From the sequence record LC739533.1: a stretch of DNA of 64,000 bases. One strand, given 5' to 3'. The stretch is from Escherichia phage phiWec179. Below the pieces are notes generated by a model. That model did not search any database and was not told where the DNA came from. It saw only the letters and a list, made by a program, of their open reading frames with translations. Position 1 is the stretch's first letter. Each line of letters opens with the position of its first letter. Position numbers and translations under genes: made by a program. Shown here in pieces: positions 55,841 through 64,000 of the stretch.

Positions 55841-56239
55841 ATGGGTTGGTGTGATCAGTCACAAAGTTACTTCAAAGTGACACATGTGGATCTCAACAAG
55901 GCAAGAGTGAAGCTGTTGAGTATTGAAAAAGAAACAGCAGCTATTGACAAACGCCTCCGAGAGAGTAAAGTGGTAATCACTTCTTGGTTCGGACTGAAAC
56001 GTAAAGTCCTCACGCAGCGAGAGCATGTAATTAAAAATATGCATGGTTGGGCTTGGTTCCACGACATGGCAAAACACCTGGGGTACATTTCTACTGAAGA
56101 ACACGACCTCTTGGAGCTACGTTATCGCCTTCCAGATGTAGAAGATTTAGATTTGTGGATCAGTTCCGAACAAATCTTCTTAACCGAGAGCGATTGGAAG
56201 AAAGTCAATATTTGTCTTAAATGGAGGGAGAATGAGTAA
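55841..56239 (+). CDS. Hypothetical protein
   Basis: 132 aa; coupled start. Confidence 0.45.
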   Translation: MGWCDQSQSYFKVTHVDLNKARVKLLSIEKETAAIDKRLRESKVVITSWFGLKRKVLTQREHVIKNMHGWAWFHDMAKHLGYISTEEHDLLELRYRLPDVEDLDLWISSEQIFLTESDWKKVNICLKWRENE

Positions 56240-56915
56240 AGTAGTTTTATCAACATTTGATGGATCTGGGATCATGGTACTTCGTTACGCAGAAGCGGGA
56301 CATAAATGCTATTGTGTAAATGCTGACGAAGGTGATCACGGGGCTTATGAAGTTCGCATGGAACATCCTAACATCACTTACGTGAACGCATGGATTGATT
56401 CCAACTTCAACCCTGAAGATTACGGTATTCCTAAGCCAGATATTATCTTTGGCTTCCCTCCATGTACCATGCTTGCTGGTTGCGGTAGTAAGCACGAACG
56501 TAGCGCAGAAGAGTTGGAAGAAGCTTTGGCTAACATTCGTATCGTGGAAGCTTTAGGAAATAAATACAACGTTCCGTGGATGATTGAGAATCCGGTGGGT
56601 AAACTGTCAACATTGTGGCGTAAACCGGATTTCTATTTCGATCCTTACGAATATGGCGGATATCTGTTTGATGAAGAAGGCAGCTTCCACCCTAAAATGC
56701 CTACCCGTGACGGTTACACAAAGAAAACCTGTATTTGGCATGGCAATGGTTTTGTTAAGCCTGTGAAGAAGCCTGTGGAACATATTGGTTGCTTCTGGGG
56801 CTGGAAAAGTTTAGGCGGAGCAAGTGCGAAAACAAAGCAACTCCGATCGTTAACTGCTCGCGGTTTTGCTCGTGCTGTGTTTTTATCTAACAACCTTTTA
56901 GATAAGGAGGAATGA
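56232..56915 (+). CDS. DNA cytosine-5 methyltransferase-like protein (compact)
   Basis: Motif I-like FDGSG, motif IV GFPPCT (Pro-Cys), motif VI ENPVG, in canonical order. Confidence 0.5.
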   Translation: MSKVVLSTFDGSGIMVLRYAEAGHKCYCVNADEGDHGAYEVRMEHPNITYVNAWIDSNFNPEDYGIPKPDIIFGFPPCTMLAGCGSKHERSAEELEEALANIRIVEALGNKYNVPWMIENPVGKLSTLWRKPDFYFDPYEYGGYLFDEEGSFHPKMPTRDGYTKKTCIWHGNGFVKPVKKPVEHIGCFWGWKSLGGASAKTKQLRSLTARGFARAVFLSNNLLDKEE

Positions 56916-57580
56916 TGACCCATTTAAAACCTTTTGGTGGAAAACCTATTGTGGCGTATCAAGTAGATCGTGATGATTGGGAAGGCAGTGTAGTTGTCTT
57001 TGGTAATCATTTCTTTGCTGTGCGTCGTAAAGGCGCAAGCATGTTAGATTGTGAGGAGGAGTATTGTCATGTCTCCCGTGCCAAAGAATTCGACCAGTAT
57101 GTAGAAAAAGGTTTTGTGCCTGTCAAAGCTTTACTGGAGGCAGGATGGTGGATACACTCTGCTCATGATGGTGTTAGACTTGACGAGTCTGTAGATAGTC
57201 TTGAGGCAGATTTTGACGAATGTGAAGATGGCATGTATATTGAGGGGGATCTTGTATTTTCCCTTGACGAGAAAAGTGTGTGGAAGAACTGGGAAGAAAT
57301 GGAACGTCACGCGCATTTTATCAATGATGCTTTGATTCGTAAAGCTTGGTTCACGGAGGCGGTGAAGGTAGCGTATCCGCAATTCACCTTTACAGAGGTT
57401 TGGGGCGGTCCACACCACATCACCCATACAGCATTTTTCGACTTCCCTGGTTCACGTTACAAAGGTAATGTAATGTGGGACTGGGATGAGAATGAAGTAC
57501 CATCTGTTCAAGACTTTCGTTGTTATGTTTGCCAAGGCGATCAAGAAGCCCTTGACAAATACCTGCAAAGTCTGGTATAG
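56912..57580 (+). CDS. Hypothetical protein
   Basis: 222 aa; ATGA-coupled. Confidence 0.45.
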   Translation: MMTHLKPFGGKPIVAYQVDRDDWEGSVVVFGNHFFAVRRKGASMLDCEEEYCHVSRAKEFDQYVEKGFVPVKALLEAGWWIHSAHDGVRLDESVDSLEADFDECEDGMYIEGDLVFSLDEKSVWKNWEEMERHAHFINDALIRKAWFTEAVKVAYPQFTFTEVWGGPHHITHTAFFDFPGSRYKGNVMWDWDENEVPSVQDFRCYVCQGDQEALDKYLQSLV

Positions 57581-57597
57581 TGCCAGCATCTGAACAA

Positions 57598-57625
57598 AGC
57601 CTCCTGCTTCAGGGGGCTTTTCTTT
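57598..57625 (+). terminator. Rho-independent terminator
   Basis: AGCCTCC-TGCTTCA-GGGGGCT followed by TTTCTTTT. Confidence 0.55.
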
Positions 57626-57638
57626 TATGGGAGGAAAT

Positions 57639-58133
57639 ATGTTTCAAGTAGAAATTCATGTGCACAACAGTTGTTCAAATTGCGAAACTTGTGGTTACAA
57701 TAGTTCAACCATGATCACTGTTAGCGGAGACTTAGGACATGCCAAGTTTGGCGAAGTCGCAAGCTGCTTCAGCGGAGAGGATGCAGATTGGCATGATATT
57801 GCTTTGTGGCTATGCGGAAGACTGAATGTAAATTGTAAAGACTTCCCTGAACTGTTGAGCCGAAATCTTATTGATAGTCGGGAACAAGCCTACAATATTT
57901 ATGCCGCTTCTGTTTATGTTGATCATAAATGGGTAGAAGATGAAGAAGCTGAACGTTTGCTGCGCCTCTACTACGAAGCAGAGGAAGCTTATGATAACTA
58001 TTATAGCATGTCCAACATTCTACGCTTGTTTGCAGAGTTTGATATTTACTTTGAAGTGAGTTATTCTGAAGAGGAAGTGTATGATTTTGATGACGATGAT
58101 TACGAGGAGGATGAAGAATGCCAAGACGATTAA
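57639..58133 (+). CDS. Hypothetical Cys-containing acidic protein
   Basis: Start set to ATG 57639 after RBS GGGAGGAAA; C-terminal poly-acidic tail. Confidence 0.4.
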   Translation: MFQVEIHVHNSCSNCETCGYNSSTMITVSGDLGHAKFGEVASCFSGEDADWHDIALWLCGRLNVNCKDFPELLSRNLIDSREQAYNIYAASVYVDHKWVEDEEAERLLRLYYEAEEAYDNYYSMSNILRLFAEFDIYFEVSYSEEEVYDFDDDDYEEDEECQDD

Positions 58134-58918
58134 TAGTGATCAGCGGTGCTGGTCTAAGCGCCGATAGCGGTGTACGTACTTTCCGCACTGATACAGATAG
58201 CGGGAAAGCTTTGTGGGATGAATACGACCTTTCTGAAGTGTGCGATATTTTCAATTTCCGTGCTGGCTACCAGCAAGAACAATGTGTTCCTGGCGCTGCT
58301 GGTGGATTAGATGCAGAGGGATACAACCTCTACCGTAAAACTCACGACTTCTACAATAAACGTCGCGTAGAGATGGATAGTGTGTCTCCTAACGCTGCGC
58401 ATTACCAGATCGCAGAGTGGTTCCAAGAGTACGGCTGCGATCGTGTTATCAACATCACAACAAACGTAGATGATCTTCTGGAACAAGCAGGGGTTGTTCA
58501 TGAAGATGTTCTGCATGTTCACGGCTTCCTGCCTGAAGTGATTGTAGACAATAGAATCATCAAGGATGTTGGTTATGCTGCTATTGATGTAGATGATTAC
58601 AAGTATGTGAAGCCCAATGTAGTGTTCTTTGGGGAGACTGCCCCACTGTATAACGATATGTACCACATCTTAGACGGCTTGACGGCTCAAGATATGGTGG
58701 TTGTAGTGGGCTGCTCTAATCAAGTGATCAACTTCAACTGGGATTTGTTCCCAGCCCTCAACATAGGAACAAAGATGGTCGTAGTTAATCCTGGGGTTAA
58801 TTACGAAGAAACACTTCTCTATGAAGATCGTGGAGTTTTTGTTTACCGAGAAAAAGCTGCAACAGCCTTCAGTAATGAAGGTTTCATTAAAATGATCGAA
58901 GACCACTTAAACAAATAA
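58118..58918 (+). CDS. Sir2-family (sirtuin-like) NAD-dependent protein
   Basis: ISGAGLSADSGVRTFR, VLHVHG, VVFFGE; no obvious Zn-binding Cys tetrad. Confidence 0.6.
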   Translation: MPRRLIVISGAGLSADSGVRTFRTDTDSGKALWDEYDLSEVCDIFNFRAGYQQEQCVPGAAGGLDAEGYNLYRKTHDFYNKRRVEMDSVSPNAAHYQIAEWFQEYGCDRVINITTNVDDLLEQAGVVHEDVLHVHGFLPEVIVDNRIIKDVGYAAIDVDDYKYVKPNVVFFGETAPLYNDMYHILDGLTAQDMVVVVGCSNQVINFNWDLFPALNIGTKMVVVNPGVNYEETLLYEDRGVFVYREKAATAFSNEGFIKMIEDHLNK

Positions 58919-58923
58919 ACCAA

Positions 58924-58948
58924 CCAAGGGGCTACGGCCCCTTTCTTA
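58924..58948 (+). terminator. Rho-independent terminator
   Basis: AGGGGC-TACG-GCCCCT followed by TTCTTATT. Confidence 0.55.
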
Positions 58949-58961
58949 TTAGGAGATTACT

Positions 58962-59234
58962 ATGCAACAAGAAACTTTCGATTTTTATCTCGCCAATTAC
59001 GTCTACTACTTCTCTAATGGTACACAGAAAGGGGAAGGCAACCTTTACCTGGCTACCAACACTGGAGCAGGTGTTCGTAAAGCCAATATTGATTTAGCAA
59101 GAGAAACAGTTCGCTCTGGACTGGAAGAGACGCTTGAAACTCCCGTTGTTGTGGTTATACAAACTATCAGTTACCTTGCAACTTGTACTAAAGAAGATTT
59201 TGAGGCTCCTCAAACGCAATCTAACGAAGCATAA
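58962..59234 (+). CDS. Hypothetical protein
   Basis: 90 aa; last plus-strand gene before convergent terminator. Confidence 0.45.
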   Translation: MQQETFDFYLANYVYYFSNGTQKGEGNLYLATNTGAGVRKANIDLARETVRSGLEETLETPVVVVIQTISYLATCTKEDFEAPQTQSNEA

Positions 59235-59268
59235 AAGAAAGGCACCCAAGTGGGTGCCTTTTCTATTT
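59234..59268. terminator. Bidirectional terminator between convergent gene blocks
   Basis: A-run, AGGCACCC-AAG-TGGGTGCCT hairpin, T-run. Confidence 0.6.
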
Positions 59269-59303
59269 GAGAGCGTCTCTGTGCGATTTAAGGGGGTTCT
59301 CGG

Positions 59304-59534
59304 CTATTTGTGAAGTGCTCTCTCGTACAACTCGATAATCAACTCGTCTTCGGCAGTAATACGGGCCATTTGATCTGTCTTCAGGATTGCTGGTTGGTAA
59401 TGATGCATTTCACTGCTCAAGATACACTCCCACTCATCTTCCCCTACTCTCTCACCTACGTGAATCTTCACAGGATACCAGAAAGGATTGTCCACCAGGA
59501 ATGCCATACAACCTTCTTCGATTTTGCTCAACAT
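59304..59534 (-). CDS. Hypothetical protein
   Basis: 76 aa; RBS AAGGAG. Confidence 0.45.
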   Translation of the reverse strand: MLSKIEEGCMAFLVDNPFWYPVKIHVGERVGEDEWECILSSEMHHYQPAILKTDQMARITAEDELIIELYERALHK

Positions 59535-59555
59535 AGTAATCTCCTTTGTTCAGAT

Positions 59556-59580
59556 ATGAAAAAACCCGCCGAAGCGGGTT
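59556..59580 (-). terminator. Rho-independent terminator
   Basis: ACCCGC-TTCG-GCGGGT followed by TTTTTTCAT on minus strand. Confidence 0.6.
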
Positions 59581-59624
59581 CATGTGCTGCGGTAGGATCA
59601 GTATCCTACAGCACGAATTGTTTG

Positions 59625-59909
59625 TCAACGTTTGGAGTAGAAAAACTCCTCATATTCTGATCGTGTGACTATTGCTGGGCGACCTTTAGTGCCGAAGAAG
59701 TTTGCGCTTGGGCCTTGTGCCATACCTTTATTGAACAAGCAGTAATCCCCACGCATATAAATCCCAGAGAATGTTTCAACAACATCGTATTTGCCAACGC
59801 TGGAGAACTTAATTTCTCCATCTGCATCTCGAACTGCGATCACAGCTTGTTCAGGCCATTCTTCGTTGAGAGCTTTAAGACCGTTGTAAACTTCTTGTAC
59901 GAGTTCCAT
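59625..59909 (-). CDS. Hypothetical protein
   Basis: 94 aa. Confidence 0.45.
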   Translation of the reverse strand: MELVQEVYNGLKALNEEWPEQAVIAVRDADGEIKFSSVGKYDVVETFSGIYMRGDYCLFNKGMAQGPSANFFGTKGRPAIVTRSEYEEFFYSKR

Positions 59910-59918
59910 ATTACCTCC

Positions 59919-60092
59919 TTAAAGTACGATTTTTTCTTCGTCTGGTTTGTCATAATTTGGAGAGTAGACATGTGAAGGGTTGAAACCCTTGAAGCTACCA
60001 CGTCCTTTACGAGGACAGTTGAAAGTACGAGCCTGATGATCACCGAAAGACTTACCACAATGCACACATTTGAAGTTGGTAACTTTATTCAT
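59919..60092 (-). CDS. Zinc-finger small protein
   Basis: CVHCG ... CPRKG Cys pairs; start set to ATG 60092 after RBS AAAGGAGAAG. Confidence 0.45.
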   Translation of the reverse strand: MNKVTNFKCVHCGKSFGDHQARTFNCPRKGRGSFKGFNPSHVYSPNYDKPDEEKIVL

Positions 60093-60248
60093 GTTCTTCT
60101 CCTTTAGGTTAATAGGCTGCACCTATTAAGATGCAGCTTTTGATAGATTACTTAGATGAGTCCAGAATATCTTTTACTTTGGCGATGATAACATCTTGAT
60201 ACTTATGGATGTGATATCCTACTACTAAACCTACGATAAATGCAATCA

Positions 60249-60848
60249 TTATTTTCTCCTATTTTGCTCGAATGTAGCTTGTGTCGGTATGTCAAACCAG
60301 TGGAAGTAACCTTTTTGTTGGGGTGCGATGCTGGTGCCAGTTGCCACAGCCAACACATCCACACTGATACCTATCTGATCATCTTCTACCGTATAATCCG
60401 AGGACCATAATTTAACAGTCAACGGTGTCTTTCCGACGAGGAAGTGAAGTCCTGCGTTTCCCCAGAGATTCACTTCAATCGCCTCGTCTTGAGATACATC
60501 TTGCTCTACTTCCTGTAGTTTGTCAAACACTTTCTGCACATCTTTTGGGTTAAGACGGATACTGTGCAGATAGTCAAACATGTTCACAAAATCTTGTGCT
60601 CGTTTTGTGTTTTTGGATACAGGATGAAGACAGTGTGGCACTAACGGCGACACACGAATATACCCTCCATCATCGTACCAACGCACAATAAACACGTCTC
60701 GACTTGGCTGACGATCTTTTGCTAAGATCGTAACTTCTTGACCCTCTTCAATAGATGGGTAGTCTGGATCATACGCTGATGCACCATAGACCAAAGCTAC
60801 GTGTCCAACATCCAAAGGTGTTTTTCCGTCCCAATAATTTGTTTCCAT
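60249..60848 (-). CDS. Hypothetical protein
   Basis: 199 aa; RBS AGGAGGGGAAA. Confidence 0.45.
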   Translation of the reverse strand: METNYWDGKTPLDVGHVALVYGASAYDPDYPSIEEGQEVTILAKDRQPSRDVFIVRWYDDGGYIRVSPLVPHCLHPVSKNTKRAQDFVNMFDYLHSIRLNPKDVQKVFDKLQEVEQDVSQDEAIEVNLWGNAGLHFLVGKTPLTVKLWSSDYTVEDDQIGISVDVLAVATGTSIAPQQKGYFHWFDIPTQATFEQNRRK

Positions 60849-60857
60849 TTTCCCCTC

Positions 60858-61121
60858 CTAAATAAGATCTGTGAAGTAGTGAATAACTTCAATATTATGG
60901 AAAAGCGTTTTACGCTCTTTTGTGTATTCTGTTGTCGTGACAGTTACCTTCGCCACCCCAAAATCTTTCATAGGGAACGTGGGTGCCTCTTTCAGGATAT
61001 TATGTACTGTTTGGATGGCTTCAAATTCTGTCTCCCAGTAACTGAAGTAACCTTCGTCATCCGTGACGAGATTCTTGCCTTCCAAGTTCACGAAACAATA
61101 AAACTCTCGCGGTGTTGTCAT
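60858..61121 (-). CDS. Hypothetical protein
   Basis: 87 aa. Confidence 0.4.
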   Translation of the reverse strand: MTTPREFYCFVNLEGKNLVTDDEGYFSYWETEFEAIQTVHNILKEAPTFPMKDFGVAKVTVTTTEYTKERKTLFHNIEVIHYFTDLI

Positions 61122-61272
61122 TCCACCTTCTCCAAAGCTTTCTTGAAGAATGTAGCATGTAACAGATGGCCCTCTGTATCAAACCATGTCACTTTACAGG
61201 AGTCCCCGTAGTCCTCTGTGACGGTCATGATAACAGCTTCCCCACGTAAGGTTACAACATCGCCTACTGTAA

Positions 61273-61719
61273 TCATAAATCCTCCGGTGTACCAGCACGT
61301 AAAGCAGCTAAAGGTTCGGCTACAGCTTCCAGGGCGGCTTCAATTTGATCTTCAATCACATCACGAACCATTGCAATACGCTCATCAATATGCACAACGA
61401 AAGCATCGCTATAAGCACCAACTAACGTATTGTAAAATGTTTCTTGTGCGCTTAACGCGCCGCTAAGAATGAAATTACGTTGATCTTCAGGTAGTTGTTG
61501 GTGCTCTTCATATTTGGCAAACGTTTCACGGTTGATTTCCAACAGAGTCCCCATCATAAGGTCAAACTGCAAATCTTTGTCCGAGGGATTTCCCATTACA
61601 ATGGTATTGTAAATGTTCAGCAAGCTGGTGCTAACACGAGCATTGTTTTCTACACCTTCCATCTGACGGAAAATAGTTAACACATCAATAGTTTCTTCAA
61701 TCTTTTCGTTTTGGTTCAT
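61273..61719 (-). CDS. Hypothetical protein
   Basis: 148 aa; RBS AGAGGAGAACG. Confidence 0.45.
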   Translation of the reverse strand: MNQNEKIEETIDVLTIFRQMEGVENNARVSTSLLNIYNTIVMGNPSDKDLQFDLMMGTLLEINRETFAKYEEHQQLPEDQRNFILSGALSAQETFYNTLVGAYSDAFVVHIDERIAMVRDVIEDQIEAALEAVAEPLAALRAGTPEDL

Positions 61720-61897
61720 ATACGTTCTCCTCTATTATTGGAAGATATCCTGTAGTTTTACAGGGATTGCACTCATAAAGCTGGCCTACATCAACCATAA
61801 CGTAGCCTAAACCTCCACAATATGGACACTCCATAGGGGTACAAGGTACAGGTGTTGTTACGGTTACATCCACAACACGGGCAATTCTCATTCCCAT
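61697..61897 (-). CDS. Zinc-ribbon small protein
   Basis: CPYCGGLGY ... CNPCKTTGY (CxxCxGxG pairs). Confidence 0.45.
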   Translation of the reverse strand: MGMRIARVVDVTVTTPVPCTPMECPYCGGLGYVMVDVGQLYECNPCKTTGYLPIIEENVYEPKRKD

Positions 61898-62139
61898 TCT
61901 CCTATAAGCTGGGGATTCAAGGCGAATTGTGACATACGTTCAGTGGGAGAGTATAAGTACGGAGGTGTAATTTGCTCCAGCACCTTAGCTGCACGTACTT
62001 CATCTTCCACATCAATATGGAAACCACGTTCCATAGTTAATACGCCATGATCATTAAGAAGGAATAGAGATTCTACTCCATCTACCTTATCAATTGCAAC
62101 ATAAAGTTTAGTCATATTATCTCCATTACCATTCGGCAA
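61888..62139 (-). CDS. Hypothetical protein
   Basis: 83 aa; overlapping coupled start. Confidence 0.4.
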   Translation of the reverse strand: MPNGNGDNMTKLYVAIDKVDGVESLFLLNDHGVLTMERGFHIDVEDEVRAAKVLEQITPPYLYSPTERMSQFALNPQLIGEWE

Positions 62140-62431
62140 TCAGTTGAGGTTTGACAGCAAAAGCTTGAAAGGTTGTAATATCATAAAGAAAGACATTAGT
62201 CGCCTCTTTCAGCTTAGTTGTCATGCCAGCCTTAGTTTCTCCGTTCCACGGGAAGATAGCAACACCTTGCTCTCCAACTAACCACCAGTGGTAATTGCCG
62301 TCACGAAGATCTTTTGCTTTATAAAGATAATTAGTAATCATTGCCACGTTTCTCCCATCTTTGCATCGCCTGTAACCAGCCCTCGGCTCTTTCCCTGGTT
62401 TCGAAGTAGACAGGAATACCCGTCCCTGCAA
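62126..62431 (-). CDS. Hypothetical protein
   Basis: 101 aa. Confidence 0.4.
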   Translation of the reverse strand: MQGRVFLSTSKPGKEPRAGYRRCKDGRNVAMITNYLYKAKDLRDGNYHWWLVGEQGVAIFPWNGETKAGMTTKLKEATNVFLYDITTFQAFAVKPQLIAEW

Positions 62432-62694
62432 ATGTGACCCACCAAGTGAAGATCCACCAACCTGTTTTTATGCGATATCCTGTTTCATATTCGACCACTT
62501 TCATGAGTCACCTTTAAAATCGTCTCACTATATCATTTACTATGTGTGTCTGTCAAGTTTTTCTTAGGGAAGAAGAGATCACAATAATGAATGTAGAAAA
62601 GTTCCACCAAAACCTCATCCTTGTACGACAAACACTGCTCATCCTATTATTTTACATTAAAGCTTGGATAACAACCATCAGACAAATCTTAGTA

Positions 62695-62859
62695 TCATCT
62701 TATGGCTACAAGATAGAAACATAGAACACATCCAACCACACTTACTAAGAAACTGACATAAACAACAAACCTGTTATCGTCCACAATAGCCACAGCTAAT
62801 GCGGCAGATGTTATCAGGAAAAGAACCATCAACAGAATATCCCTGTTTACTGCATCCAT
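62695..62859 (-). CDS. Small membrane protein (54 aa)
   Basis: AGGAGGTG RBS before ATG 62859; mostly hydrophobic; below ORF-track cutoff. Confidence 0.4.
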   Translation of the reverse strand: MDAVNRDILLMVLFLITSAALAVAIVDDNRFVVYVSFLVSVVGCVLCFYLVAIR

Positions 62860-63146
62860 AGACACCTCCTCTTGTTAGTTACAGAGAGTATAATACCGGA
62901 ACGTTACGATTACAACTACGAAGAACGGGTGATTTTTGATTGATAGGTAGGACTTATCTGAAAGGAATAATTGATAGGGAACGCTGTATTGACTTTTGCG
63001 AAAAAACATGCTACCCTAAACATATGTTTACGAGCGATAGCGAGTAGTGATTTCTATAGTATTATTGCATGTTACTCACGATAGGGAGTAAGCAATGTTA
63101 GTGAGGTAGACAGACTATGATCAACCATCTACCTACTAACTATCTA

Positions 63147-63347
63147 TTACTCAGAGAAGGTACATTCGAGTACAGTCCAGACTAATATTACAGTCCAAGA
63201 TGCTAACAGTATCCTGAAGATAGTCCACCAACTAAACACATCTACCGTAATCCAGTGTCCAGCTACCAGTGATCCTGCTAACCAACCTCCTACAACAGTG
63301 ATAACCCAAAGAATAAAACCTATCAAAGAAAACGTAGCAAGTTTCAT
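63147..63347 (-). CDS. Small membrane protein
   Basis: 66 aa, two hydrophobic helices, Trp-rich. Confidence 0.45.
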   Translation of the reverse strand: MKLATFSLIGFILWVITVVGGWLAGSLVAGHWITVDVFSWWTIFRILLASWTVILVWTVLECTFSE

Positions 63348-63628
63348 TAGACTTCTCCTCTATAAAGTTTATCTTCTCTTCTAACTTCAATCTTACACTC
63401 TTTGTCTACCACAATCAAGACTGAACATGAGTAATATCCTTCTGCAACAGTCTCGATCTGTTCTTCCAGATCCTTCGTCAATTCCTCTCCCATGAGATAG
63501 AAGGCAAACTTCGTGCAATGTAATAACTCTTCCTTGAAGTTAACCATCTTGTAGATGTTCATCCCAGTCTTATGTTCATCTACTGTCCAACCACTTGATC
63601 GAAGTCTGACTGCTGCGTTATGTCTCAT
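63347..63628 (-). CDS. Hypothetical protein
   Basis: 93 aa; coupled overlaps on both sides. Confidence 0.4.
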   Translation of the reverse strand: MRHNAAVRLRSSGWTVDEHKTGMNIYKMVNFKEELLHCTKFAFYLMGEELTKDLEEQIETVAEGYYSCSVLIVVDKECKIEVRREDKLYRGEV

Positions 63629-63768
63629 CGTCCGTTACCATTCAATTGATCACGTAGCTTTTCTGCATCTCGTTTCTGTGGGAACGTGGCAACAGAGACA
63701 TTGAATTCATTAACAACAGAAAAGGACTTGTCCAGGTTTTCACGGATAGTAAAAGGTTTCTTGCTCAT
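63625..63768 (-). CDS. Small hypothetical protein (47 aa)
   Basis: ATG 63768 with ATGA overlaps at both ends; below ORF-track cutoff. Confidence 0.3.
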   Translation of the reverse strand: MSKKPFTIRENLDKSFSVVNEFNVSVATFPQKRDAEKLRDQLNGNGR

Positions 63769-63977
63769 AATCTCCCTCCATCTTTAAGACGATTTTTAAC
63801 CCAGCGTAGACGATCTGGATCTGTGTGTTGTGAAGCGTTTTCCGAATCCAGTAAATAAGCCTTTCTTCCGAACGGATAGGTTTCACATAACCCTGCTTCA
63901 ATAAACTGATTATACATCTCTTTCATAGTGTTTTCGATTAAATACCAGTTACCTTCTGGAAGGTCTAAATCATACAA
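63765..63977 (-). CDS. Hypothetical protein (start may lie beyond window)
   Basis: 70 aa ORF near window edge. Confidence 0.35.
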   Translation of the reverse strand: MYDLDLPEGNWYLIENTMKEMYNQFIEAGLCETYPFGRKAYLLDSENASQHTDPDRLRWVKNRLKDGGRL

Positions 63978-64000
63978 CCAATACTCAAGATTACCACACA

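Noticed and set aside
62542-62724. Plus-strand ORF in intergenic region
   Set aside because: No RBS; overlaps the 3' end of a minus-strand small membrane gene that has a strong RBS.
1-64000. CRISPR arrays, integrase/attachment sites, IS elements
   Set aside because: No regularly spaced direct repeats, no tyrosine or serine recombinase motifs and no terminal inverted repeats with transposase seen; the window reads as lytic phage DNA.

Overview
This window looks like a 64 kb stretch of a large virulent tailed phage genome (contractile-tail, myovirus-like layout; about 40% GC, tRNAs resemble enterobacterial ones). No integrase or CRISPR array was seen. All calls come from reading the sequence and ORF translations by eye; no database search or folding software was run. 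Layout: (1) 1-18.9 kb, minus strand, late structural and packaging genes: tail proteins, tape measure, a chaperone pair with a -1 frameshift site, tube, sheath, neck proteins, major capsid, scaffold, portal, and a large terminase interrupted by a mini-intein in its P-loop, plus an overlapping spanin-like pair. (2) 19.05-21.1 kb, a minus-strand tRNA array: 11 tRNAs folded by hand plus 2 non-canonical tRNA-like elements. (3) 21.4-22.1 kb small minus-strand genes, then a divergent regulatory region at 22.1-22.5 kb. (4) 22.5-59.2 kb, plus strand, a long early/middle block: many small proteins, two metallophosphoesterases, ATP-type ligase, MazG-like protein, two exonucleases, HNH nucleases, ThyX, NrdA/NrdB, a complete dTDP-L-rhamnose operon (rmlBACD), glutaredoxin, T4-type lysozyme, PhoH, an HslV-like protease, two DNA methyltransferases, a SLOG/DprA-like protein and a Sir2-like protein. 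(5) 59.3-64 kb small minus-strand genes. The most interesting candidates are the phage-borne rml operon next to the dNTP genes, the HslV-like protease without a partner ATPase, the Sir2/SLOG/phosphatase neighbourhood, the terminase intein, a tandem trio of Cys-terminated paralogues, and the tRNA-like elements.
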